From NCBI GenBank assembly GCA_035312505.1, contig DATGBT010000022.1, positions 1 through 38,269 on the forward strand: 38,269 bases of DNA. The letters run 5' to 3'. The DNA comes from Balneolaceae bacterium (GTDB lineage Bacteria > Bacteroidota > Rhodothermia > Balneolales > Balneolaceae). Both the position numbers and the translations under genes were made by a program. This document shows positions 28,812 through 36,624 of this stretch, one piece after another. The notes beneath the pieces are model-generated. The model saw only the letters and a program-made list of their open reading frames with translations. It was not told where the DNA came from and ran no database searches. Numbering within the stretch: the first letter of the stretch is position 1; each line of letters starts with the position of its first letter.

Positions 28812-30188
28812 ATGAAAAAGCATAAGATATTTTTATGGTCGATAACATCCGCTCTTGGAGGATTCTTGTTTGGCTTCGACACAGCAGTAATTTCCGGAGG
28901 TGAACAAAATATCCAGATAATGTGGGAGCTGAGTGATGTTATGATTGGCCAAACGGTTGCGATGGCGCTGTATGGTACAATTATCGGGGCACTTTTCGGG
29001 GGAGTACCGGCTCAGAAATACGGAAGAAAAAAATCTCTGATCTGGATTGCAGCACTATTTTTAGTATCTGCTGTTGCTTCTGCATTGGCACCGGGAGTGT
29101 ATACATTGATGGCTGCCCGGTTTATAGGAGGGTTAAGTATCGGGGCATCTTCGGTTGTAGCTCCCATGTATATTTCGGAAATAGCCCCGGCCGATAAACG
29201 AGGTAAATTAACGGCTCTTTTCCAGTTTAATATTGTTCTTGGAATACTGATAGCCTATTTCTCAAACTTTGTGATCGGTACGGAAAACATTGAGTCCTGG
29301 AGATGGATGCTGGGAGTTGAAATTATTCCGGCTACGTTATTCCTGGTTATGGTTTTTACCATTCCGGAAAGTCCGCGCTGGTTAATTGTTGCCAAGAATA
29401 AGATACAGGAAGCAAGAGAAATTCTGCAGGTTATTAACCCTGATACAGTTGATGAGTCTGTTCGCGCCATTAAAGCGGGAGATCTTACTCCCGGAAGAGC
29501 CACACCTCTGAGAGAATTTTTCAGTAAAAGGTTTCGCTTCCCGATCATGCTTGCGTTTTTGTTCGCTTTCTTTAACCAGGTGTCAGGTATCAACGCCATT
29601 ATCTACTTTGCACCCCGGATATTTGAACTTACGGGACTGGGCGCAGAGACTGCACTGCTTTCATCAGTTGGTGTTGGTGTTACAAATCTGGTATTCACGA
29701 TGTTCGGCCTGTTGCTGATTGACAAATTTGGCCGCCGGTTTTTGATGTATATCGGCTCTGTTGGCTATCTTATTTCATTATCTTCGATTGCTTATGCATT
29801 CTTTACCCAGACATTTACGGGATACACAGTTCCTGTACTTATTTTTGTGTTTATCGCCTCGCATGCCATAAGCCAGGGCGCCGTAATCTGGGTCTTTATT
29901 TCTGAAATTTTTCCAAATTCTGTGCGGTCGTTTGGAAACTCCCTGGGCAGCAGTACACACTGGATATTTGCAGCGCTGATTGCCGGTAATTTTGTGTATT
30001 TCGAAAGCATATTTGGAGGAGGGCCCATCTTTGCATTTTTTGCTTTTATGATGTTACTGCAGCTTATTTTTGTCTGGAAAATTATGCCGGAGACCAAGAA
30101 CATCACGCTTGAAGAGATGGAGGTGAAACTGGGTATCAACGTAGATGAGCTGGAAGAGGTTATCGAAGAGGATAAAAAGGAGATCTGA
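28812..30188 (+). CDS. Sugar porter family MFS transporter (probably fructose/glucose)
   Basis: LGGFLFGFDTAVISG, YGRKK, PMYISEIAP...RG, PESPRWL, Q.SGINAIIYFAP, WVFISEIFP, PETK. Confidence 0.95.
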   Translation: MKKHKIFLWSITSALGGFLFGFDTAVISGGEQNIQIMWELSDVMIGQTVAMALYGTIIGALFGGVPAQKYGRKKSLIWIAALFLVSAVASALAPGVYTLMAARFIGGLSIGASSVVAPMYISEIAPADKRGKLTALFQFNIVLGILIAYFSNFVIGTENIESWRWMLGVEIIPATLFLVMVFTIPESPRWLIVAKNKIQEAREILQVINPDTVDESVRAIKAGDLTPGRATPLREFFSKRFRFPIMLAFLFAFFNQVSGINAIIYFAPRIFELTGLGAETALLSSVGVGVTNLVFTMFGLLLIDKFGRRFLMYIGSVGYLISLSSIAYAFFTQTFTGYTVPVLIFVFIASHAISQGAVIWVFISEIFPNSVRSFGNSLGSSTHWIFAALIAGNFVYFESIFGGGPIFAFFAFMMLLQLIFVWKIMPETKNITLEEMEVKLGINVDELEEVIEEDKKEI

Positions 30189-30355
30189 TTAACTTTCGGT
30201 CCATCTGCTGTGGAGTCTTGCTATCCGAAGGCTCCGCCATTATTTCTTGATATGGAAGACCTGAATTAAGGGTATTTGGACAGTTTTATCGTTATATTGG
30301 TGGCATCTGAATATAGAGTATTCTTTATCAAGCCAAACCCTTAAGCACAATCACT

Positions 30356-31300
30356 ATGGATAGATTTGCATGGAAAACAAGAGATCAGAAAGTCAGCAAT
30401 TATAGAGCATCCTTCTCTTCAAAAATACCTTTTGTTCTGGCAGGTTTTTTCATAGTAGCCTCGTGTTCATCAGATAACAAAACCCCTCAAACAGATACGC
30501 CAAATAGTGCAGCGACTGAGGTTCTTTTCGACGGAGAAAGTCTGGAAGGATGGTATACCTACATGAAGAGTCCCGAGCCAACGTCAGAAGTGAGTGGGCT
30601 CGAACGTTCAGATGAAGGTACATATTTTGAGCCAATCGGTCTGAACCGTGATCCGCTGAATGTATTTACCGTGGTGGAAGAGGATGGCGAGCCGGCCATT
30701 CGGATAACAGGTGAAGTATTTGGGATTTTAGTAACTGAACAAGAGTATGAAGACTACCATCTGAAACTGGACTTTAAATGGGGCGATGAAAAATTTCCCC
30801 CGAGAGAAAACTTAAAGATGGACAGTGGCATCTTGTACCATTCGATAGGTGAAGAGGGTGCCTGGGGGGATGTATGGATGAAATCGCTGGAGTGCCAGGT
30901 ACAGGAGACCGATTGCGGTGACTACATCAGCGTGGATACGGTTTTGGTTGATATCCCCGCTTTTCAGAATGAAGAAGATGAGCGTTTCTATTTTCACCCA
31001 GACTCCTCGCTGATTACATTCAGCCCCGAGCGGGCTTACTGTGAATTTTACCGTGACAATGAAAATCCAATGGGTGAGTGGAATACGATGGAAATTTATA
31101 CCGTAGACGGAAACAGCGTGCATTTGGTCAACGGACAGCCCAATATGAAGGTGATGAACAGCCGGCACATTGTAAATGGAGAAGTGGTGCCGCTCACGAA
31201 AGGGAAGATTCAATTGCAGTCGGAAGGTGCTGAGATTTATTACCGCAACATTGAACTCACACCCATTCCTGAGATTCCGGATGAAGTGTGGGTATTTTAG
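30356..31300 (+). CDS. DUF1080 / 3-keto-glycoside hydrolase family lipoprotein
   Basis: LFDGESLEGW, Y.DY.L.L.FKWG, DSGILYH, ECQVQ, GEWNT.EI, GKIQLQSEGAEIYYRNI. Lipobox VAS-C. Confidence 0.88.
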   Translation: MDRFAWKTRDQKVSNYRASFSSKIPFVLAGFFIVASCSSDNKTPQTDTPNSAATEVLFDGESLEGWYTYMKSPEPTSEVSGLERSDEGTYFEPIGLNRDPLNVFTVVEEDGEPAIRITGEVFGILVTEQEYEDYHLKLDFKWGDEKFPPRENLKMDSGILYHSIGEEGAWGDVWMKSLECQVQETDCGDYISVDTVLVDIPAFQNEEDERFYFHPDSSLITFSPERAYCEFYRDNENPMGEWNTMEIYTVDGNSVHLVNGQPNMKVMNSRHIVNGEVVPLTKGKIQLQSEGAEIYYRNIELTPIPEIPDEVWVF

Positions 31301-31320
31301 ATCAGTTCGAGCCAACTGCG

Positions 31321-31767
31321 CTAGAGCAGTCGCTGATCAAATGAAAAATCACGGATATTCATTATCGAGATCTTCCTGAAATCCGTATGTCTTGGATTCA
31401 CCAGCACATTCCATTCATCCTGAATAATAGAAGATGGAACCTTCAGAATACATGAGCGCTGATCTTCCATCCACCTTTTGCCAATCTCCTGACAAACCGG
31501 GGTTCCGCTCATGTTGTGCCAGCCGACAGGGAGTTCTTTCGAAAAAATCTCATCGGTCGATACAGAATCGGGGATATGAACTGAAACGATCTTAAAGTCA
31601 GCATTCAGGCCTTCACCCGATCGGTGAACCAGGTTTTCGAGACAGGCGAGTGCTCTGGAGCCGGCACAGTATACCACGTGGTACCCTTTCGGATTCCAGC
31701 GGGCCGGATAGCCCGATCCCGTTAATGACCCGGCCCATCGGGCAAGTGTTATGCGATAAACATCCAT
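31321..31767 (-). CDS. RES-domain toxin (NAD+ phosphorylase family)
   Basis: VYRI, RWN..G..VVY, ALACLE.LVH, VPSSI, N.LVNP.H. Confidence 0.92.
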   Translation of the reverse strand: MDVYRITLARWAGSLTGSGYPARWNPKGYHVVYCAGSRALACLENLVHRSGEGLNADFKIVSVHIPDSVSTDEIFSKELPVGWHNMSGTPVCQEIGKRWMEDQRSCILKVPSSIIQDEWNVLVNPRHTDFRKISIMNIRDFSFDQRLL

Positions 31768-32184
31768 TTATGCAAAAGCTCCAAATTCGATGCGTAATAG
31801 CTCTTCGTAGATGAGATCGATACCGCCCGGCGTTTGCATAAACTGCAGCGGCTTTTGTTCTCCAAGCCCGTGAGCAGGCTTACGCAGCCAGCGGTTGAAC
31901 GATGATAGATCGCCAAATATCTCTTCTGCTTTCTGGTAGAGAGCGATCATCTTCAGGATCTGCTCACTGTTTAAAGCACTTAGCTTTTTGTCTTCTTTTT
32001 GATAGCGCTGCATCGTTTTATATGAAACGTTGAGCAGGGAAGAGAGCTCTGAACTGGTGAGCTCAGAAATTTCGAGCAGGTCAAAGAAAGCAGAGACAGA
32101 TATCCCGTTTTGTGCACGGTTTACAAGTGCAAAGTTGTTTTCTGGTTGAACGTGGTATTTAACGGCTATTTCGTTTACTTGCAT
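31768..32184 (-). CDS. Xre/MbcA/ParS-type antitoxin (HTH plus DUF2384-like C-terminus)
   Basis: HTH LS.LLNVSYKT.QRY and WL.KP..GLG..KP...TP.GI.L..EEL.RIE.G. Abuts the RES gene. ATG at 32184 is preferred to GTG at 32190. Confidence 0.92.
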   Translation of the reverse strand: MQVNEIAVKYHVQPENNFALVNRAQNGISVSAFFDLLEISELTSSELSSLLNVSYKTMQRYQKEDKKLSALNSEQILKMIALYQKAEEIFGDLSSFNRWLRKPAHGLGEQKPLQFMQTPGGIDLIYEELLRIEFGAFA

Positions 32185-32235
32185 GTGCACTTTTTGATGA
32201 AGAATATGCTATTTATAAATTTGTCTTTTAAATAT

Positions 32236-32247
32236 AGACAATTGTCT
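32236..32247. promoter_or_regulatory. Perfect palindrome upstream of the TA operon, candidate autorepression operator
   Basis: AGACAATTGTCT, with an extra TTGTCT half-site at 32221-32226. Confidence 0.55.
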
Positions 32248-32366
32248 TAAAACTGTAAACAGGTTTTTTACACCTCAGTAATAAGAGATAATCTGTTTCA
32301 ACCACTTTCCACAGACCGCATAGTAAAGTAGGCTAATCAATGAGATTGGAGTATTCAGGAATGAGT

Positions 32367-33497
32367 TTACCGGTTGCGAGTTTCACTATGTATCTGAACA
32401 ACGGTGAGAAACTGTTTAATCACTCCTTCAGAATCGAATGAGGCAGGCTCCGATATGCTGGATAACGTTCCCCGTATGTGGTCGCTTGCTTCACCATTCA
32501 CCCGAATAGCGCGAAGAAGCAGTTTCAGTCCGTCGTAGAGATAGGTGGTCTGGATACCGGGCATGTACCCATGTCTTTCAAGAAATCGTGCCTTAAAAGC
32601 TTCTGTATCCTGATGAATCGGACTCCGGGACCTCAGTGTATAAATAGGGCTTGAGTAATGTGTAGATATCTCGGTATTCAGATCCATGATCGGTGTGTAG
32701 ACTGGAACGTCAACATCGGCTAATCTTAGCTGCTCTGTCAGGCTATCCAGCTCATTTGAAGCCCCAAAGAAGACAATGGCATCTGCGTTCGGCTTGGAAA
32801 GGGTTGATGTGATCCCGCTGAAATCATTTTTTCCGGCTGAATATCTGAAGATCGCAGGCTTTTCCCGGTAGTCATCAGTAGCGATATCGACAAAAGAGCG
32901 GCTGATAAATTCCTGATCATAATCGTCTGAAGTGACAACGAGAATATTCCTGCCATCAATATTGCTGTACAGGGCTTCGGCAAGAACAGCCGATTGCTGA
33001 TCGGCGTGCGGAAGAGTGCTGAAAAACCAGGGTATATTGATTCTCGACAGGCTCGGATCGGGAGAAAGTGTGGATATAAACGGAATTTCTGCTTTTGTGC
33101 AAACCTGTTCGATGAGATGGGCGCTGCGACCATCCACAAATCCAAGAAGCGCGGTTGTTTGGTGTTCGTAAATAAGGCTAACTGCCTGCTTGGAGCCGGC
33201 ACCCCAGTTGCCATCCACAGATTTTGCAATGATCTTCACCGGTTTTTGTCTGATTCCCCCGGCTTCGTTCACGATCTCTGCAGCAAGGGTTACAACATCC
33301 ATGGCTTCCCGCATCAGGCGGCTATTTTCGGGATCTTCGGTTAGCAGCAGTCCGATGCGGATTTGATCCGATTCAATTGATTCTGACGCGGGCACTGGCT
33401 GGGCGTTTACCTGCAGATGCATCAACTGGCAGAGTATTAGGGGCATCAAAAATTTAAAGGTATTCATGCACCGCCCTTTTTTGTCTCGCTGGTTCAT
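32367..33497 (-). CDS. Type I periplasmic binding protein (LivK/Peripla_BP_6-like), divergent
   Basis: Signal peptide (likely start MNTFK at 33467), IRIGLL, VNEAGGI, DPSLS.INIPWFF, YDGLKLL..AI. Confidence 0.8.
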   Translation of the reverse strand: MNQRDKKGRCMNTFKFLMPLILCQLMHLQVNAQPVPASESIESDQIRIGLLLTEDPENSRLMREAMDVVTLAAEIVNEAGGIRQKPVKIIAKSVDGNWGAGSKQAVSLIYEHQTTALLGFVDGRSAHLIEQVCTKAEIPFISTLSPDPSLSRINIPWFFSTLPHADQQSAVLAEALYSNIDGRNILVVTSDDYDQEFISRSFVDIATDDYREKPAIFRYSAGKNDFSGITSTLSKPNADAIVFFGASNELDSLTEQLRLADVDVPVYTPIMDLNTEISTHYSSPIYTLRSRSPIHQDTEAFKARFLERHGYMPGIQTTYLYDGLKLLLRAIRVNGEASDHIRGTLSSISEPASFDSEGVIKQFLTVVQIHSETRNR

Positions 33498-33515
33498 CGC
33501 GGAGAGCTGTGAAAA

Positions 33516-34775
33516 CTATTTACTTGAATATTTGGTAACAAATTTGCCGTTTTCAACCTCCATCATCCACACCTTGCCCACATCATTCCAGGTTGTGTCG
33601 AGGATAATATCTCCGGTAACGCCATGGTAGGTGGTCATTGATGTGAGTTCATCCCGAATTCGGACTCTGTTAAGTCCGGCCTCTTCGATCGACTTTATCA
33701 GCATCTTCATACCGTCATATGTATGAGCGGCAAAAAGGTCGGGGTCTGAGCCAAATCTCTGCTGGTACTCATCCACGAACCGCAGGTAGGTGGGGTCTTC
33801 ACTTTGCGGATTGTAGGGGAATGTAGTTACAACTCCTTCTGCGTTTTCTCCGGTGACCTCAAGAAAGCGGTCGGACACCAATCGTTCACTTCCATACACC
33901 TTATGATCCATTCCAAGCTCCCGCATTCGGTTAACGATGTTTGCAGCATCGTCGTCGTTGCCCCATATCAGGACGGCTTCTGAGTTTGAGTTACGGATTT
34001 TTTCAAGCTGGGGTTCAATATCATTGGTTCCCGGCATGTAGTTCATGTGGATCCGGACGGGATGGCCCAGGCGAATGGCGCTCTCAAGAAATATCTTAAC
34101 CCCGAGCCTTCCATACCTGTCATTGGCCCGCAGAATAGCTACGTTCTCGAGCCCCTCTTTTTCAAAGATGTGAAGAGCCATGGCATATGCGTTCTGCCGG
34201 TCATCAGCAACGTTTCGGATCATCCATGGAATGTTGGTTTCGGTTAAGGTGGGATCGGTTGATGTGGTATTTACCATTGGCAGTTCCAGCTTCAAGACAA
34301 CCCGAAGCGCCACGTGTGAATTATTTCCGTCAATGGAGCCCACAACCGCCCACACCCCTTCGTCATAAAGCTCAACAACTTCGTTTCCCGTTGCTCCCCA
34401 TAAGCCGACATCGTTTTTTACCACCAGCTCGTATGGAAGCCCCCGGTAGCCACCGCCGGTATTCGCCTCATCGATGGCCATGTTGGCCCCGTGAAGCATT
34501 GCCTGTCCAAAGGCATCATCGTGCGATCCCTCAAGGGGTGCCACAAACCCTATTTTTACGGAGGTAAGGTTCGACGGAGCACTGGCATCTCTTCCCGGGC
34601 CAAGGAATGGCTGTGGGGTGTCGAAGAACAGCATATACGGATCCAGAAACTGGCCATAGGGCAGCAGATTATCCGGAGTATCTGCATAGTTTCTGATCTC
34701 CTGAGCCTGGGTATTCGCACCCGCCAGGAGAACCATGATGTTGATCAAAAGGAAGAGGAGGGATCGCTTTTTCAT
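33516..34775 (-). CDS. Type I periplasmic binding protein (LivK/Peripla_BP_6-like)
   Basis: Signal peptide, VKIGFVAPLEG, GA.MAIDEAN..GG, DPTLTE.NIPW..R...DD, AAHTYDG, YHGVTG.I. Confidence 0.88.
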   Translation of the reverse strand: MKKRSLLFLLINIMVLLAGANTQAQEIRNYADTPDNLLPYGQFLDPYMLFFDTPQPFLGPGRDASAPSNLTSVKIGFVAPLEGSHDDAFGQAMLHGANMAIDEANTGGGYRGLPYELVVKNDVGLWGATGNEVVELYDEGVWAVVGSIDGNNSHVALRVVLKLELPMVNTTSTDPTLTETNIPWMIRNVADDRQNAYAMALHIFEKEGLENVAILRANDRYGRLGVKIFLESAIRLGHPVRIHMNYMPGTNDIEPQLEKIRNSNSEAVLIWGNDDDAANIVNRMRELGMDHKVYGSERLVSDRFLEVTGENAEGVVTTFPYNPQSEDPTYLRFVDEYQQRFGSDPDLFAAHTYDGMKMLIKSIEEAGLNRVRIRDELTSMTTYHGVTGDIILDTTWNDVGKVWMMEVENGKFVTKYSSK

Positions 34776-34790
34776 CGGTTTTGTGATTTG

Positions 34791-35369
34791 TTAGACATTT
34801 TTACAAACGGCAATGGCTTCAATTTCAACCAGGAGTGTATCCCAGCAGAGTGTTGCCTGGATACCGGTGCTCGCGGGAAGAGGATTCAGCTTTAGCCAAT
34901 CATAGAACTGGGTACGTACTTCATTAAAATCCTTGTAGTCCCGTTCAATATCGCGGAGGTAACAGGTGGTTCGGACGATATCGTGCCACGACATGTTTTC
35001 GGAGGCCAGCAGCTCACTGATGTTTCTGAATGTTCGCCACGTTTGTGCCCTGAAATTCCCGATATGCTCGGCTTTACCTTCTTCATTCACACTTGCCGTC
35101 CCTGAAATCAAAACAACGGAATAGTCTCCAAACTCCATTCGGGTTGCCCTTGAGAAGGATGAGGGGCGGCCGTATTCAAACGCCTCGTTTAACACATTGG
35201 GGGCATGAACCGCTTTTTTTGCAATGGGAGGCCGCTCATTGTGAAAATCCGGCATTTTAAATGACCGGAGATCCTCATTGGGTGAGAGGATTCCAAGTTT
35301 TACCATTTCGTCTTTCTCGCCCGGAGTCAGGTTTAGTGTGGTTTCCGGATAGGATACTGAATTACTCAT
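34791..35369 (-). CDS. Rid/YjgF superfamily protein resembling the FkbO/Hyg5 chorismatase C-terminal domain
   Basis: PSSFSRA, LISGTASV, H.G.F.AQT, YLRDI, LC...LLVEIEAIA. Confidence 0.82.
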   Translation of the reverse strand: MSNSVSYPETTLNLTPGEKDEMVKLGILSPNEDLRSFKMPDFHNERPPIAKKAVHAPNVLNEAFEYGRPSSFSRATRMEFGDYSVVLISGTASVNEEGKAEHIGNFRAQTWRTFRNISELLASENMSWHDIVRTTCYLRDIERDYKDFNEVRTQFYDWLKLNPLPASTGIQATLCWDTLLVEIEAIAVCKNV

Positions 35370-35432
35370 AGTTATCTATTTTTGAGTTTATAGTTAAAAT
35401 CTTTGTTATCACAGATCGTGTTTATATTGTTA

Positions 35433-36620
35433 TTACAGCGGTACGGGGCCACTGGCTTTTGAGTAACTGAGCCCGTTAGCGGTTGCCAGCCATATTTCAT
35501 CGCCATCTACATCCATACCCCAGATAAAATTGTTTGCGAGAGTAGTAGCAGATGTCATTTCGCTGCTGCTCACTCCGTCGGTTACGGCAATCTTGCCCGC
35601 ACCATTCTCATTGGTGTATGTAACCCAGCGCTCTCCGTTAAACGTACTGAATCCACTGTCGGTGCAGATATAAACGACCGGCCCCTGTGCCTTCAGGTAG
35701 TTAATAAAGTCGCTTACGAGCCCGCTGTCTTTTTTGTAATAGCTGTTCCATCGGGCGCCATCGTAGCGGCTGAGGCCAAAATAGGTGCCTACCCACAAAG
35801 TTTTGTTTTCATAATAGGTTACGGTGGTAATATCGTGTGCCACGCCGTCATCGGGGTAAAGATCAATCTGCATCTGGTGATCGGGATCTTTATGCACTCT
35901 GAACTGGCCTGAGTCTTTGAAGTATTCAAGCACGCCGCCTCCCCACGCTGCGATGTAGATCTTCTCGTCACTTCTTGCCACTCCATAGGTCCAGGGTTCG
36001 TGCATAGGCGCATTCTGCTCGTTAAAAATCTCCCACTGGTCGGTATATGTATTAAACTTTGACGCGCCCGCTGCAGTGGCGGTCCATACATACTCCTCAT
36101 CGGTTACCACAGAATAGATAACATCATTGGCGAGGCCGCTGTTAAATTGGGTATAAACGGTCATTTCTCCTGCAGACCAGCGGGTTAAGCCAGACATGGT
36201 GGCAATCCACACCTCTCCGGTCAGTTCACTGATATCGATTCCAAGTACGTAGTTATGAGAGAGGCCATCTTCGGTGGTTATCACAGAAAATTCACCATCT
36301 TCAAAGATGGCCAGTCCTTTATCGGTACCAACCCAAACCCGGTCACCATCAACCCGAACCGTGGATACTTTGTTTGATGGAAGCCCGTCTTCGACGGTAA
36401 AGTTTTTCCACTCCCTGAAGAGAGGAAGTTCGTCAGTCGTTTCGGCCGCGGGATCTGTATGTTGCGCTGGGTTGACCTCCTCTTCAAAAGAAACTGCGTT
36501 ATTGGATACTTTTTGATAGTCTGAGTTACCAGTGCCAAAAGCGGCTACAAAAAAGATGCCTGCTGCGAAGAGAGCCGGTAAGGCTCTGCGGTAAGTTGTT
36601 CTGTTTGTTGATTTCATCAT
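35433..36620 (-). CDS. Secreted beta-propeller protein with two-component-regulator propeller (Reg_prop) repeats, no kinase
   Basis: Signal peptide and repeats DGLPSNKV / DGLSHNYV / SGLANDVI / SGLVSDFI, each followed by a VWVGT-like strand. Confidence 0.85.
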   Translation of the reverse strand: MMKSTNRTTYRRALPALFAAGIFFVAAFGTGNSDYQKVSNNAVSFEEEVNPAQHTDPAAETTDELPLFREWKNFTVEDGLPSNKVSTVRVDGDRVWVGTDKGLAIFEDGEFSVITTEDGLSHNYVLGIDISELTGEVWIATMSGLTRWSAGEMTVYTQFNSGLANDVIYSVVTDEEYVWTATAAGASKFNTYTDQWEIFNEQNAPMHEPWTYGVARSDEKIYIAAWGGGVLEYFKDSGQFRVHKDPDHQMQIDLYPDDGVAHDITTVTYYENKTLWVGTYFGLSRYDGARWNSYYKKDSGLVSDFINYLKAQGPVVYICTDSGFSTFNGERWVTYTNENGAGKIAVTDGVSSSEMTSATTLANNFIWGMDVDGDEIWLATANGLSYSKASGPVPL

Positions 36621-36624
36621 CGTA

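Noticed and set aside
30212-30235. Hairpin after the sugar porter as a terminator
   Set aside because: The stem (GGAGTCTT/AAGGCTCC) is present but has no adjacent U-tract, so support is too weak to call.
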